NCBI GenBank assembly: GCA_038087875.1
Contig: JAXLNO010000446.1
Span: 868,001 to 932,000 of the forward strand
Reading direction: 5' to 3'
Length of the DNA stretch: 64,000 nucleotides
Origin: Malacoraja senta
Taxonomy: Eukaryota
The notes beneath the pieces were generated by a model. That model saw nothing but the letters and a program-made list of their open reading frames with translations, had not been told where the DNA came from and did no database searches. Both the position numbers and the translations under genes were made by a program. Below, one piece after another: positions 1 to 13,406 of the stretch; the stretch's first letter is position 1, and every line of letters starts with the position of its first letter.

Positions 1-3000
1 CCATTCTATATTCCATGTTCTACATTCCATGTTCCACGTTCTACGTTCCACATTCTACATTCCATGTTCTACGTTCCATGTTCTCTTCCATGTTCCACAT
101 TCCATGTTCCACGTTCCACGTTCTACATTCCACTTTCCATGTTCTGTTCCATTCCACGTTCCACATTCTATGCTCCATGTTCCATGTTCTATTCCGTTCC
201 ATGTTCCACATTCTCCATTCCATGTTCCAAGTCTATGTTCCATGTTCTATTCCATTCCATGTTCCACATTCTACGTTCCATGTTCTGTTCCGTTCCATGT
301 TCCATGTTCTATGCTCCATGTTCCATGTTCTATTCCATTCCATGTTCTACGTTCCATGTTCTACGTTCAATGTTCCACATTCTACGTTCCACATTCTACG
401 TTCCATGTTCATGTTCCATATTCAATGTTCCACGTCCTATGTTCCATGTCCAACATTCTACGTTCCGTGTTCCACATTCTACACTCCATGTTCCATATTC
501 TATTCCGTTCCATGTTCCACATTCTATGTTCCATGTTCATGTTCCATATTCCATGCTCCATATTCTATGTTCCATGTTCTACGTTCAATGTTCCATGTTC
601 CACAGTCTACATTCCATGTTCTGTCCATTCCATGTTCCACGTTCCATGTTCCACATTCTACATTCTATGTTCCATGTTCTGTACAGTAATATGTTCCACG
701 TTCTACGCTCCATGTTCTACATTCTATGCTCCATGTTCCATGTTCCGTGTCCCACATTCCATGTTGCACGTACTACATGCCATGTTCCATGTGCATGTTC
801 TACATTCCCTGTTCCATGCTCTGTTCGAATCCATGTTCACGTTCTACGCTCCATATTCCACGTTCTCTGTTCCATGTTCCACATTCTACATTCCTTTCCA
901 TTCTATATTCCACGTTCTACTTTCCTTGTTCTACGTTACATGTTCCAATCCATGTTCACGTTCTACGCTCCATATTCCACATTCTCTGTTCCATGTTCCA
1001 CATTCTACATTCCGTTCCATTCTATATTCCACGTTCTACTTTCCTTGTTCTACGTTACATGTTCCACATTCTACATTCCATGTTCCATGTTCAGTTCCAT
1101 TCCATGTTCCACGTTCTACGTTCCATGATCCATATTCTGTTCTGTTCCATGTTCCACCTTCTAAGTTCCATGTTCCACGTTCTACGTTCCTTTCCGTTCC
1201 ATGTTCTACGTTCCACGTTCAATGTTCTACTGTCTACGTTCCATGTTCCAAGTTCTATGTTCCATGTTCCATGTTCTGTTCCATTCCATGTTCCATATTC
1301 TATGTTCCATGTTTTACGTTCCATGTTCCGTCCATTCCATGTTCTATGTTCTGTCCATTCCATGTTCCACATTCTATATTCCATGTTCCATGTTCCATGT
1401 TCTATTCCGTTCCATGTTCCACATTCCATGTCCATGTTCCACGTACTATGTTCCACGTTCTACGTTCCACATTCTACGTTCCATGTTCTGTTCTATTACA
1501 TTCTATGTTCCATGTTCCATGTTCCACATTCTATTCTGTTCCAGGATCCATGTTCCACTTTCCACCTTCCACGTTCTACGTTCCATGTTCCATTCCGCTC
1601 CAAGTTCTAAGTTCCATGTTCTATTCCCTTCCATGTTCCATGTTCTGATCCGTTCTATTTTCCACATTCTACATTCTATGTTCTATTCCGTTCCATGTTC
1701 TACGCTCCATGTTCCATGTTCTAAGCGCCATGTTCCATGTTCTATTCCATTTCAGGATCCATGTTCCATTTTCCACCTTCCATGTTCTACGTTCCATGTT
1801 CCATTCCACTCCAAGTTCTCCATTCCATGTTCCCTTCAATGTTCCACGTTCCACTTTCCATGTTCTGTTCAGTAACATGTTCCACGTTCTACGCTCCGTT
1901 CCACATTCTACCTTCTATGCTCCATGTTCCATGTCCCACATTCCATGTTGCACATTCTACATTCCATGTTCCATGTTCTACATTCCCTGTTCCATGCTCT
2001 GTTCAATTCCATGTTCAGATTTTATGCTCCGTTCCACATTCTACACTCCATGTTCCAGGTTCCATGTTTTGTTCCATTCCATGTTCTATTCCATTCCATG
2101 TTTCACATTCTTCATTCCATGTTCCACATTCCATATTCCACATTGTACGTTCCATGTTCCACGTTCTACATTCCTTTCCATTCTATATTCCATGTTCTAC
2201 ATTCCATGTTCCACGTTCTACGTTCCACATTCTACATTCCATGTTCTACGTTCCATGTTCTCTTCCATGTTCCACATTCCATGTTCCACGTTCCACGTTC
2301 TACATTCCACTTTCCATGTTCTGTTCCATTCCACGTTCCACATTCTATGCTCCATGTTCCATGTTCTATTCCGTTCCATGTTCCACATTCTCCATTCCAT
2401 GTTCCAAGTCTATGTTCCATGTTCTATTCCATTCCATGTTCCACATTCTACGTTCCATGTTCTGTTCCGTTCCATGTTCCATGTTCTATGCTCCATGTTC
2501 CATGTTCTATTCCATTCCATGTTCTACGTTCCATGTTCTACGTTCAATGTTCCACATTCTACGTTCCACATTCTACGTTCCATGTTCATGTTCCATATTC
2601 AATGTTCCACGTCCTATGTTCCATGTCCAACATTCTACGTTCCGTGTTCCACATTCTACACTCCATGTTCCATATTCTATTCCGTTCCATGTTCCACATT
2701 CTATGTTCCATGTTCATGTTCCATATTCCATGCTCCATATTCTATGTTCCATGTTCTACGTTCAATGTTCCATGTTCCACAGTCTACATTCCATGTTCTG
2801 TCCATTCCATGTTCCACGTTCCATGTTCCACATTCTACATTCTATGTTCCATGTTCTGTACAGTAATATGTTCCACGTTCTACGATCAATGTTCTACATT
2901 CTATGCTCCATGTTCCATGTTCCGTGTCCCACATTCCATGTTGCACGTACTACATGCCATGTTCCATGTGCATGTTCTACATTCCCTGTTCCATGGTCTG

Positions 3001-4130
3001 TTCGAATCCATGTTCATGTTCTACGCTCCATATTCCACGTTCTCTGTTCCATGTTCCACATTCTACATTCCTTTCCATTCTATATTCCACGTTCTACTTT
3101 CCTTGTTCTACGTTACATGTTCCAATCCATGTTCACGTTCTACGCTCCATTCCACGTTCTCTGTTCCATGTTCCACATTCTACATTCCGTTCCATTCTAT
3201 ATTCCACATTCTACTTTCCTTGTTCTATGTTACATGTTCCACATTCTACATTCCATGTTCCATGTTCAGTTCCATTCCATGTTCCACGTTCTACGTTCCA
3301 TGATCCATATTCTGTTCTGTTCCATGTTCCACCTTCTAAGTTCCATGTTCCACGTTCTACGTTCCTTTCCGTTCCATGTTCTACGTTCCACGTTCAATGT
3401 TCTACTGTCTACGTTCCATGTTCCAAGTTCTATGTTCCATGTTCCATGTTCTGTTCCATTCCATGTTCCATATTCTACGTTCCATGTTTTACGTTCCATG
3501 TTCCGTCCATTCCATGTTCCATGTTCTGTCCATTCCATGTTCCACATTCTATATTCCATGTTCCACGTTCCATATTCTGTTCCGTTCCATGTTCCACGTT
3601 CTATGTTCCGTGTTCCATGTTCCACGTTCTACACTCCATGTTCCATGTTCTATTCCATTCCATGTTCCACATTCTATGTTCTATGTTCCATGTTCTATGT
3701 TCCACGTTCCACATTCCATGTTCCATGTTCTATGCTCCATGTTCTATTCCATGTTCCACATTCTATGTTCTATGTTCCATGTTCCACGTTCCACATTCCA
3801 AGTTCCTCGTTCCATGTTCCAAGTTCTACGTTCCATGTTCTGTTCCATTCCATGTTCCATGTTCTACGTACCATTTCGTTCGGTGTTCTACGTTCCACGT
3901 TCAATGTTCCACTGTTTACGTTCCATGTTCCAAGTTCTAGGTTCCATGTTCCATGTTCTTTTCCATTCTACGTTCCATGGTCTACGTTCCATGTTCTACT
4001 TTCCATGTTCCACGTTCCATGTCCATGTTCCATGTTCCATGTTCTATTCCGTTCCATGTTCCACATTCCATGTCCATGTTCCACGTTCTATGTTCCACGT
4101 TCTTTGCTCCATATTCCACATTCTACGTTC

Positions 4131-4660
4131 CAATTCTATACGGCCATCGTAGTCTGTTCTCATCTTCTCCATCATGGTCTGGTTTGCTCAGCACCCAACC
4201 ACAACATCCGGAGGCTGCAGCGAATCGTCCAAACAGCTGAGAAGGTTATTGGCTGCAACCTTCCATCCATTGACGAACTGTACACTGCAAGGGCCAGGAA
4301 GCGAGCGGGTAAGATCATCTCTGACCCCTCTCACCCTGGCCACAAACTCTTTGAATCACTTCAGCTTTGAATCACTTCAGCTTTGACAGAGACTGTCAAA
4401 GCTGCCACAGCCAGACATAGAAACAGCTTTTTTTCCCACGAGCAGTAGCTCTACACAATAACCAAAAATCTGTAGCCTCCTTTTGCTCTGGTATTTTATT
4501 TCATTCACATGTTTAATCGATAATGTTTTATTATTATTGTTTTATGTGTCATTCGTTAATGTCAATGTTTGTCATGTTGTCACTTGTGGGCAGAGCACCA
4601 AGGCACATTCCTTGTATGTGAATACTTGGCCAATAAACTTATTAATTAATTAATTCATTC
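4131..4660 (+). mobile_element. Rex1/Babar-clade LINE 3' fragment (copy 1) inside the satellite
   Basis: Translates to QFYTAIV..VWF..IRRLQRIVQTAEKVIGCNLPSIDELYTARARKRAGKIISDPSHPGHKLF, a typical Rex/Babar ORF C-terminus, followed by a 3' tail with AATAAA and a short repeat. Confidence 0.8.
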
Positions 4661-4770
4661 CATGTTCTACGCTCCCTGTTCAATGTTCCATGTTCTATTA
4701 TGTTCCATGTTCCATGTTCCGCATTCTATGTTCCATGTTCTGATCCATTCCATGTTCCATGTTCTACGCT

Positions 4771-5250
4771 CCCGACGTCCACAGGCCTTGCTGGGGGGAG
4801 ATTCACGCTGGCGACCCCCATCAAGGGTCCCAGGACTCCGTGATGTTAAAGTCAGCGTTGCCCGCGTTGGAAGCTCTGCGCCCACAGCTCCGCGATGTTG
4901 GAGCAGCGGCCCAGCACTCCGGAGCTCCAAGCGGCGATCCCAGGAAGGCCTCGCTCGCTCCACGATGTTTCCAGCGCCTCGCCGCCACTGCTGAAGCTCT
5001 GGTCCGGTCCCGACAGGAAAGGCCGCGCCAATCCAGCTGGGAGGCCACGAGGGGGGGAGGGGGCGCGAGGATGCGATAATAGCCGCAACCTCACCAGGAA
5101 GCAACTGAAGGACGGATTCCCCCTTACCCTACCTGCTTCCCCCCACATAAAATACCGAAAAAAACGAAAAAACTAAAAAAACACACTCTAAACATAACAA
5201 AATAAAAAAAGGCAGCCAGACCGTGGGCGGAGGCAGCTAGCAACAGCCGT
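4771..5250 (-). mobile_element. 5' part of the GC-rich non-autonomous element family (see 27179-28014)
   Basis: Reverse complement shares GCTGCCTC, a T-rich tract, a G-run, CTTCCTGG and TGGATTGGCGCGGCCTTTCCTG with 27206-27430. Confidence 0.75.
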
Positions 5251-6633
5251 TCTATGTTCCATTCCGTTCCATGTTACATGATCCTTGTTCCATGTTCTAT
5301 GCTCCATGTTCCATTTTCTATTCCATACCAGGATCCATGTTCCACTATCTACCTTCCACGTTCTACGTTCCATATTCCATTCCGCTCCAAGTTCTACGTT
5401 CCATGTTCCATTCCATTCCACGTTCCACGTTCAATGTTCTCTTCTTTTCCATGTTCCACGTTCTACATTCCATGTTCCACGTACTATGTTCCACGTTCTA
5501 CGTTCCATGTTCTGTTCTATTACATTCTATGTTCCATGTTCCATGTTCCACATTCTATTCTGTTCCAGGATCCATGTTCCACTTTCCACCTTTCACGTTC
5601 TACGTTCCATGTTCCATTCCGCTCCAATCCATGTTCACGTTCTACGCTCCATATTCCACGTTCTCTGTTCCATGTTCCACATTCTACATTCCGTTCCATT
5701 CTATATTCCACGTTCTACTTTCCTTGTTCTATGTTACATGTTCCACATTCTACATTCCATGTTCCATGTTCAGTTCCATTCCATGTTCCACGTTCTACGT
5801 TCCATGATCCATATTCTGTTCTGTTCCATGTTCCACCTTCTAAGTTCCATGTTCCACGTTCTACGTTCCTTTCCGTTCCATGTTCTACGTTCCACGTTCA
5901 ATGTTCTACTGTCTACGTTCCATGTTCCAAGTTCTATGTTCCATGTTCCATGTTCTGTTCCATTCCATGTTCCATATTCTACGTTCCATGTTTTACGTTC
6001 CATGTTCCGTCCATTCCATGTTCCATGTTCTGTCCATTCCATGTTCCACATTCTATATTCCATGTTCCACGTTCCATATTCTGTTCCGTTCCATGTTCCA
6101 CGTTCTATGTTCCGTGTTCCATGTTCCATGTTCTACATTCCATGTTCCATGTTCTATTCCGTTCCATGTTCCACATTCTATGTTCTATGTTCCATGTTCT
6201 ATATTCCACGTTCTACATTCCATGTTCCATGTTCTACGCTCCATGTTCTATTCCATGTTCCACATTCTATGTTCTTTGTTCCATGTTCCACGTTCCACAT
6301 TCCAAGTTCCTCGTTCCATGTTCCAAGTTCTACGTTCCATGTTCTGTTCCATTCCATGTTCCATGTTCTACGTACCATTTCGTTCGGTGTTCTACGTTCC
6401 ACGTTCAATGTTCCACTGTTTACGTTCCATGTTCCAAGTTCTAGGTTCCATGTTCCATGTTCTTTTCCATTCTACGTTCCATGGTCAACGTTCCATGTTC
6501 TACTTTCCAAGTTCCACGTTCCATGTCCATGTTCCATGTTCCATGTTCTATTCCGTTCCATGTTCCACATTCCATGTCCATGTTCCACGTTCTATGTTCC
6601 ACGTTCTTTGCTCCATATTCCACATTCTACGTT

Positions 6634-7165
6634 CCAATTCTATACGGCCATCGTAGAGTCTGTTCTCATCTTCTCCATCATGGTCTGGTTTGCTCAGCAC
6701 CCAAGCACAACATCCGGAGGCTGCAGCGAATCGTCCAACAGCTGAGAAGGTTATTGGCTGCAACCTTCCCTCCATTGACGAACTGTACACTGCAAGGGCC
6801 AGGAAGCGAGCGGGTAAGATCATCTCTGACCCTCTCACCCTGGCCACAAACTCTTTGAATCACTTCAGCTTTGAATCACTTCAGCTTTGACAGAGACTGT
6901 CAAAGCTGCCACAGCACAGACATAAAAACAGCTTTTTTTCCCACGAGTAGTAGCTCTACACAATAACCAAAAATCTGTAGCCTCCTTTGCTCTGGTATTT
7001 TATTTCATTCACATGTTTAATCGATAATGTTTTATTATTATTGTTTTATGTGTCATTCGTTAATGTCAATGTTTGTCATGTTGTCACTTGTGGGCAGAGC
7101 ACCAAGGCACATTCCTTGTATGTGAATACTTGGCCAAATAAACTTATTAATTAATTCATTCATTT
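6634..7165 (+). mobile_element. Rex1/Babar-clade LINE 3' fragment (copy 2, duplicated along with the satellite)
   Basis: Near-identical to 4131-4660, including the internal CTTTGAATCACTTCAG duplication and the same satellite junctions. Confidence 0.8.
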
Positions 7166-7344
7166 CCATGTTCTACGCTCCCTGTTCAATGTTCCATGTT
7201 CTATTATGTTCCATGTTCCATGTTCCGCATTCTATGTTCCATGTTCTGATCCATTCCATGTTCCATGTTCTACGCTCCATGTTCCATGTTCTATTCCGTT
7301 CCATGTTCTACTTCAATGTTCCACGTTCTACGCTCCATGTTCCA

Positions 7345-9685
7345 ATAGACAATAGGTGCAGGAGTAGGCCATTCGGCCCTTCGAGCCAGCACCGCCATTC
7401 AATGTGATCATGGCTGATCGTCCCCAATCAGTACCCCGTTCCTGCCTTCTCCCCATATTTCCCCTGACTCCGCTATCTTTAAGAGCCCTACCTAGCTCTC
7501 TCTTGAAAGTATCCAGAGAACCGGCCTCCAACGCCCTCTGAGGCAGAGAATTCCACAGACTCACAACTCTCTGAGAAAAAGTGTTTCCTCGTCTCCGTTC
7601 TAAATGGCTTACCCCTTTTCTTAAACTGTGGCCCCTGGTTCTGGAATCTCCCAACATGGGAACATGTTTCCTGCCTCCAGCGTGTCCAAACCCTTAATAA
7701 TCTTATATGTTTCCATAAGGTAGTAATCAGCCTTCCTGTTTTTGCTACAAAGTGTATAACCTCATATTTATCCACATTAAACTGCATCTGCCATGCATCT
7801 GCCCACTCACCCAACCTATCCAAGTCACCCTGCATTCGCATAGCAACCTCCTCACAGTTCACACTGCCACCCAGCTTTGTGTCATCTGCAAATTTGCTAA
7901 TGTTACTTTGAATACTTTAGAAGTATGAGGGGGATCTTATAGAAACATATTAAAATTATAAAAGACTGGACAAGCTAGATGCAGGAAAAATGTTCCCAAT
8001 TTTGGGCGAGTCCAGAACTATCGGCCACAGTCTTAGAGTAAAGGGAGGCCATTTAAGACTGAGGTGAGAAAAAACTTTTTCACCCAGAGTTGTGAATTTG
8101 TGGAATTCCCTGCCACAGAGGGCAGTGGAGGCCAAATCACTGGCTGGATTTAAGAGAGAGTTAGATAGAGCTCTAGGGGCTAGTGGAATCAAGGGATATT
8201 GGGAGCAGGCAGGCATGGGTTATTGATTGGGGACTATCACCCATGATCACAATGAATGGCGGTGCTGGCTTGAAGAGCCAAATGGCCTTGTCCTGCACCT
8301 AGTTTCTATGTTCTATGAATCCCTTCATCTAAATCATTGATGTGTATTGTAAATAGCTGCGGTCCCAGCACCAAGCCTTGCGGTACCCCACTAGTCACAG
8401 CCTGCCATCTGAAAGGACCCGTTAATCCCTACTCTTTGTTTCCTGTCTGCCAACAATTTTCTATCCATGTCAACACTCTACCACCAATACCATGTGCCCT
8501 AATTTTGCCCACTAATCTCCTATGCGGGACCTTATCAAATGCTTCTGAAAGTCCAGGTACACTACATCCACTGGGCTCTCCCTTGTCCATTTTCCTAGTT
8601 ACATCCTCAAAAAATTCCAGAAGATTAGTCAAGCATGATTTCCCCTTCGTAAATCCATGCTGACTCGGACCGATCTGTTACTGCTATCCAAATGTGCCGC
8701 TATTTCATCTTTTATAATTGACTCCAGCATCTCCCCACCCCCGATGACAGGCTAACTGGTCAATAATTCCCTGTTTTCTCTCCTCCCGACTTTCTTAAAA
8801 GTGGGATAACATTAGTCTACCCTCCAATCCACAGGAACTGATCCTGAATCTATAGAACATTGGAAAATTATCACCAATGCATCCACGATTTCTAGAGCCA
8901 CTTCCTTAAGTACTCTGGGATGCAGACCATCAGGCCCTGGGATTTATCAGCCTTCAGTCCCATCAGTCTACCCAACACCATTTCCTGCCTAATGTGGATT
9001 TCCTTCAGTTCCTCCATCACCCCAGATCCTCTGGCCACTACTATATCAGGAAGATTGTTGTGTCCTCCTTTTTGAAGACAGATCCAAAGTACCTGTTCAA
9101 CTCATCTGCCATTTCCTTGTTCCCCATAATAAATTCACCTTTTTCGATCTTCAAGGGTCCAACTTTGTTCTTAACTAATTTTTTCCTCTTCACATACCTA
9201 AAGAAGCTTTTACTATCCTCCTTTATATTCTTGGCTAGCTTACCTTCGTACCTCATCTTTTCTCCACGTATTGTCTTTTTAGTTATCTTCTGTTGCTCTT
9301 TAAACATTACCCAATCCTCTTGCTTCCCGCTCATCTTTGCTACGTTTGCACTTCTTCTCTTTTATTTTATACTGTCCTGACGTCCCTTGTCAGCCACGGT
9401 CGCCCCTTATTCCCTTGGAATCTTTCTTCCTCCTTAAAATGAACTGAACCTGCACCTTCTATATTCCTAGAAACACCTGCCATTGTTGTTCCACTGTCAT
9501 CCCTGCTAGGGTATCTTTCCAGTCAACTTGGCCCAGCTCCTCCCTCATTGCTCCATAGTCCCCTTTATTCAACTGTAACACTGACACCTCGATTTACCCT
9601 CCATCTCCAATTGCAGATTAAACTTGACCATATTATGGTCACACCTCCTAATGGCTCCTTAACCTCAAGTTTCTTTATCAAATCC
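7345..9685 (-). mobile_element. CR1-clade LINE, 5'-truncated and degenerate, inserted in the satellite
   Basis: Minus-strand peptides [43 protein letters not shown] and SRTRGHSLR. The 3' UTR ends in a CTATTGT-type tail at about 7345. Confidence 0.9.
7916..8316 (+). mobile_element. CR1 3' fragment nested in opposite orientation within the 7345-9685 CR1
   Basis: GDLIET..GLDKLDAG..FPIL..SRT..GHSLR-type coding end, 3' UTR and TTCTATG tail. TGAAT lies on both sides (possible TSD). Confidence 0.85.
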
Positions 9686-9696
9686 AGTCCTTTATC

Positions 9697-9968
9697 AATT
9701 CCATGTTCTGTTCCGTTCCACGTTCCTTGTTCCATGTTCCAAGTTCCTTGTTCCATGTTCAACGTTCTCTGTTCCATGTTCTACGTTCTACGTTCCACGT
9801 TCTACGTTCCATGTTCTACGTTCCATGTTCTACGATCCATGTTCTACGATCCATGTTCTATGTTCCACGTTCCGCGTTCTACGTTCCACGTTCTACGTTC
9901 CACGTTCTACGTTCCATGTTCTACGATCCATGTTCTACGTTCCACATTCACGTTCCCGTTCCCACGTC
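9697..9968. repeat. Distal remnant of the 7-mer satellite
   Basis: GTTCCAT/GTTCTAC units resume after the CR1 insertion. Confidence 0.9.
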
Positions 9969-11537
9969 CTGCATCCATGCATCATCCACCATTCCCTCTC
10001 CAGCTTGCATTACTTACTGCAGCTGCTTCACATAAAGAACATCAAGTCAAAGGCTATATCCATGTCCAGATGGACTGCAATTAAGATCTGTTACCATGGC
10101 TGCCTGAGTGAACGCAGAGGTTAACGGAGCCTGCACAATAAATTGCAATGGTGTTTACTGGCAAAGAAAATACAACCCATTCAATCTTCCTCCTGCCAAT
10201 GTGGCACTTTCTCAGTGATAAATATATTGAAGGTAGTTTAATATTCATTTATTATGTTGGTCACTAATGGAAAAAATGGCAATAAATTAATACTAAACCG
10301 CTCTCAGTACAAGTATTTACTTTCCTGGATCTATAACTATTAACATTATTTATAACGTTATACTGTTAATAGATATGGATTCAGGGAAAGTAGACTTAAA
10401 CATAATTTTGCTAATGACATAAACAAAGAATAACAAAATAGACGCAAGGAACTGCAGATGCTGGTATTCTGAGGGAAAAAACAAAGTGCTGGAGTAACAG
10501 CACATCAGGCAGCATCTCTGGAGAACATGGATATAGTGATAGTTATACAGCATGGAAACAGGCCCAAGCTGCCCGCACCAACCAACATTCCCAACTACAC
10601 TAGTCTCAATTGTCCACATTTGGTCCAAATCTCTCTAAACCTTTCCTATCCACGTACAGATCCAAATGCCTTTTAAGTGTTGTTATAGTACCACAGAGAG
10701 AACATTTAAACTCCAGCACATTGTCTACCTCCTCTGACAGCCGGTTCCATATACCCACCACGCTCTGTGTGGAAAAAGTTGCCCTCAGGTTCCTATTAAT
10801 GAATAGGTGATGTTTCAGATTGGGATCCTTCTTCAGACTGATGGAGTGGGGGAGGGGGGGGGGAGGGAGAGGGAAAGCTGGAAGAAAGGCGTGGCTGGGA
10901 CAAAGCCTGGCAAGTGATAGGTGGATACAGGTGATGGGGTGGCGAGGGGGGGGTGGAGAGGCTTGATTGGCAGATGGGTGGACTTAGGCCAGAGATGCAA
11001 TGCAGGTAAAGGCTGTGGGATAAGGAGAGAAGAGATGGGAATGGTGAGCTGGGAGAGTGGGTTGTACATGATGTCGACCCAGTTAGAAAGGAGATGAGGA
11101 GGAATTTCTTTAGTCAGGGGGTGGTGAATTTGTGGAGGCCAAGTCAGTGGATATTTATAAAGTGGAGATTGACAGGTTCTTGATTAGTACGGGTGTCAAA
11201 CGTTAAGGAGAGAAGTCAGGAGAATGGGGTTGAGAGAGAAAGATAGATCAGTGCACAATGTAGAAATAAGGAACTGCAATTCCAGTCTACAAAGAAAAAG
11301 ACAAAGTGCTGGAGTTTGTACATTCTCCCCGTGACCTGCGTGGGTTTTCTCCGGGTGCTCCGGTTTCCTCTCACACTCCAAAGGCGTACAGGTTTGTAGA
11401 TTAATTGGCTTTGGTAAAATTGTAAATTGTCCCTAGTGTGTGTGGGATGGTGTTAGTGTAGGTGGTGATAGCTGGTCAGCATGGATTCGGTGGGCTAAAG
11501 GGCCTGTTTCTGCACTGTATCTCTAAACTAAACAAAA

Positions 11538-12120
11538 TCCTGGAGTAACTCAGCGGGTCAGGCAGCATCTGTGGAGGACATGGATAGGTGACGTTTCACA
11601 GAGTGCTGGAGTAACTCAGCGGGTCAGGCAGCATCTGTGGAGAACATGGATAGGTGACGTTTCACAGAGTGCTGGAGTAACTCAGCGGGTCAGACAGCAT
11701 CTGTGGAGCGAAGGAAATGGGCAACCTTTCGGGCCGAAACCCTGAAGGAAATAGGCAACTTTTCGGGCGAAACCCGGAAGGGTTTCGGGCCGAAACGTTG
11801 CCTATTTCCTTCGCTCCATAGATGCTGCCGAAACATGGATAGGTGACGTTTCACAGAGTGCTGGAGTAACTCAGCGGGTCAGGCAGCATCTGTGGAGGAC
11901 ATGGATAGGTGACGTTTCACAGAGTGCTGGAGTAACTCAGCGGGTCAGGCAGCATCTTTGGAGAACACGGATAAGTGATGTTTCAGGTCGGGAACCCTTC
12001 TTCAGATCGAAAAGTTATCTATTCCTTCTCTCCAGGGATGCTGCCTGACCTGCTGAGTTACTCCAGCACTTTGTGTCTATCTCTGGTATAAACCAGCATC
12101 TGCAGTTCCTTCCTGCACAT
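11538..12120. repeat. 66-bp tandem units plus hairpin module derived from a PLE terminal sequence
   Basis: Repeats of GGATAGGTGACGTTTCACAGAGTGCTGGAGTAACTCAGCGGGTCAGGCAGCATCTGTGGAGAACAT interrupted by the GAAGGAAATAGGCAAC..GTTGCCTATTTCCTTC fold-back. Confidence 0.9.
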
Positions 12121-12609
12121 GGATTGTAATCATATGCATCATACAACAAAAAGGCTTTTCACTGCAACTACCGAGGTGACACGTGACAATAAGCTGAACA
12201 AACTAAAGTGAAGGCAATTTCTCTTCTGCCTGTCAGTGTTCTCCTGTAACCACCCGCCCCATCTCTATGCTCTGAACCTTGTATTGTTCTGAGCCTGTCT
12301 CTTGTCCATAACTAGAGGCTGCTGCAGCTGGGGTGAAGTGTGCTGGAAGTTCGTTGTCAATGTCTCTTGCCTCAGTGGCAGAGAAAGGACGTGACCTTGG
12401 CCCGACTTCACATTTGTTCCTGGTAATGATGGAGGTCATCATATTCTGTCGGGAGGTTGTTGCTACGTGACTTGGGTACCGTTTCCAGGAGCACAGAAAC
12501 TATGATAATGGAGTTGTCCATTTGACCTCTTGTGTCTTTCCATGTGATCAGGGCAGGTCATTGAAATTCACTGGCTTTTTCCATCTCTCTCCACATACCA
12601 GAGCAGAGA

Positions 12610-13062
12610 ATTGTGGACGCAGCCCAGACCATCACACAAACCAACCTCCTTCCATTGACTCCATCTACACCTTCACGCTGCCTCGGCAAGGCCAGCAGCA
12701 TAATCAAGGACCTGTCGCACCCTGGCCACTCCCTCTTCTCCCCTCTCCCAGCGGGCAAGAGGTATAGAAGTGTGAAAACGCACACCTCCAGATTCAGGGA
12801 CAGTTTCTTCCCGGCTGTTATCAGGCAACTGAACCATCCTACCACAACCAGAGAGCAGTGCTGAACTACTATCTACCTCATTGGTGAACCTGGTATTGTC
12901 TTTGTTTAGACTTCGCTGGCTTTACCTTGCACTAAACGTTATTCCCTTATCATGTATCTGTACACTGTATCTATGCACAGGCTCAATTGTAATCATATAT
13001 AGACTTTCCACTGACAAGCAACAAAAGCGTTTCACTGTACCTCGCTACACGTGACAATAAAT
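12610..13062 (+). mobile_element. Rex/Babar-type LINE 3' fragment
   Basis: DAAQTITQTN..SRCLGKASSIIKDLSHPGHSLFSPLPAGKRYRS..FRDSFFPAVIRQLN, ending GTGACAATAAA. Confidence 0.8.
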
Positions 13063-13406
13063 TAGACTAGACTAACACTAAGAGTAAGACTAGACTAGAC
13101 CAGACTAGACTAGACTAGACCAGACTAGACTAGACTAAACTAGACTAGACCATACTAGACTATAGACTAGACCAAAACTAGACTAGACCAGACTAGACCA
13201 GACTAGACCAGACTATAGACCAGAGTAGACTAGAGCAGTAGACCAGACCAGACCAGACTAGACTAGACTAGACTAGACTAGACTACAGATTAGACTGGAC
13301 TAGACTAGCCTAGACTAGATTAGACCAGACTAGACTAGACTAGACTAGGTTAGGCCAGACTGGACTAGACCAGACTGGACTAGACTCTAGATTAGACCAG
13401 ACCAGA
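13063..13406. repeat. (ACTAG/ACCAG)n pentanucleotide microsatellite
   Basis: Direct reading. It abuts the tail of the preceding LINE fragment. Confidence 0.95.

Larger units (their letters stand above)
1..7344. repeat. Satellite built from degenerate 7-mers (GTTCCAT/GTTCTAC/ATTCCAT), with embedded LINE fragments and higher-order duplications
   Basis: Continuous TTCCATG/TTCTACG/TTCCACA units. Position 1 onward recurs at 2178 (offset 2177). The block around 3123-4770 recurs about 2504 nt downstream. Confidence 0.95.

Noticed and set aside
15..6858. Very long ORFs (up to 877 aa) rich in MFHVPCST
   Set aside because: They are translations of a stop-poor 7-mer satellite, open in all three frames, with no protein features.
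12440..12500. SWKRYP motif suggesting an LRRTM-family juxtamembrane segment
   Set aside because: Only six residues match, there is an upstream in-frame stop instead of a transmembrane helix, and the downstream sequence does not resemble LRRTM tails.
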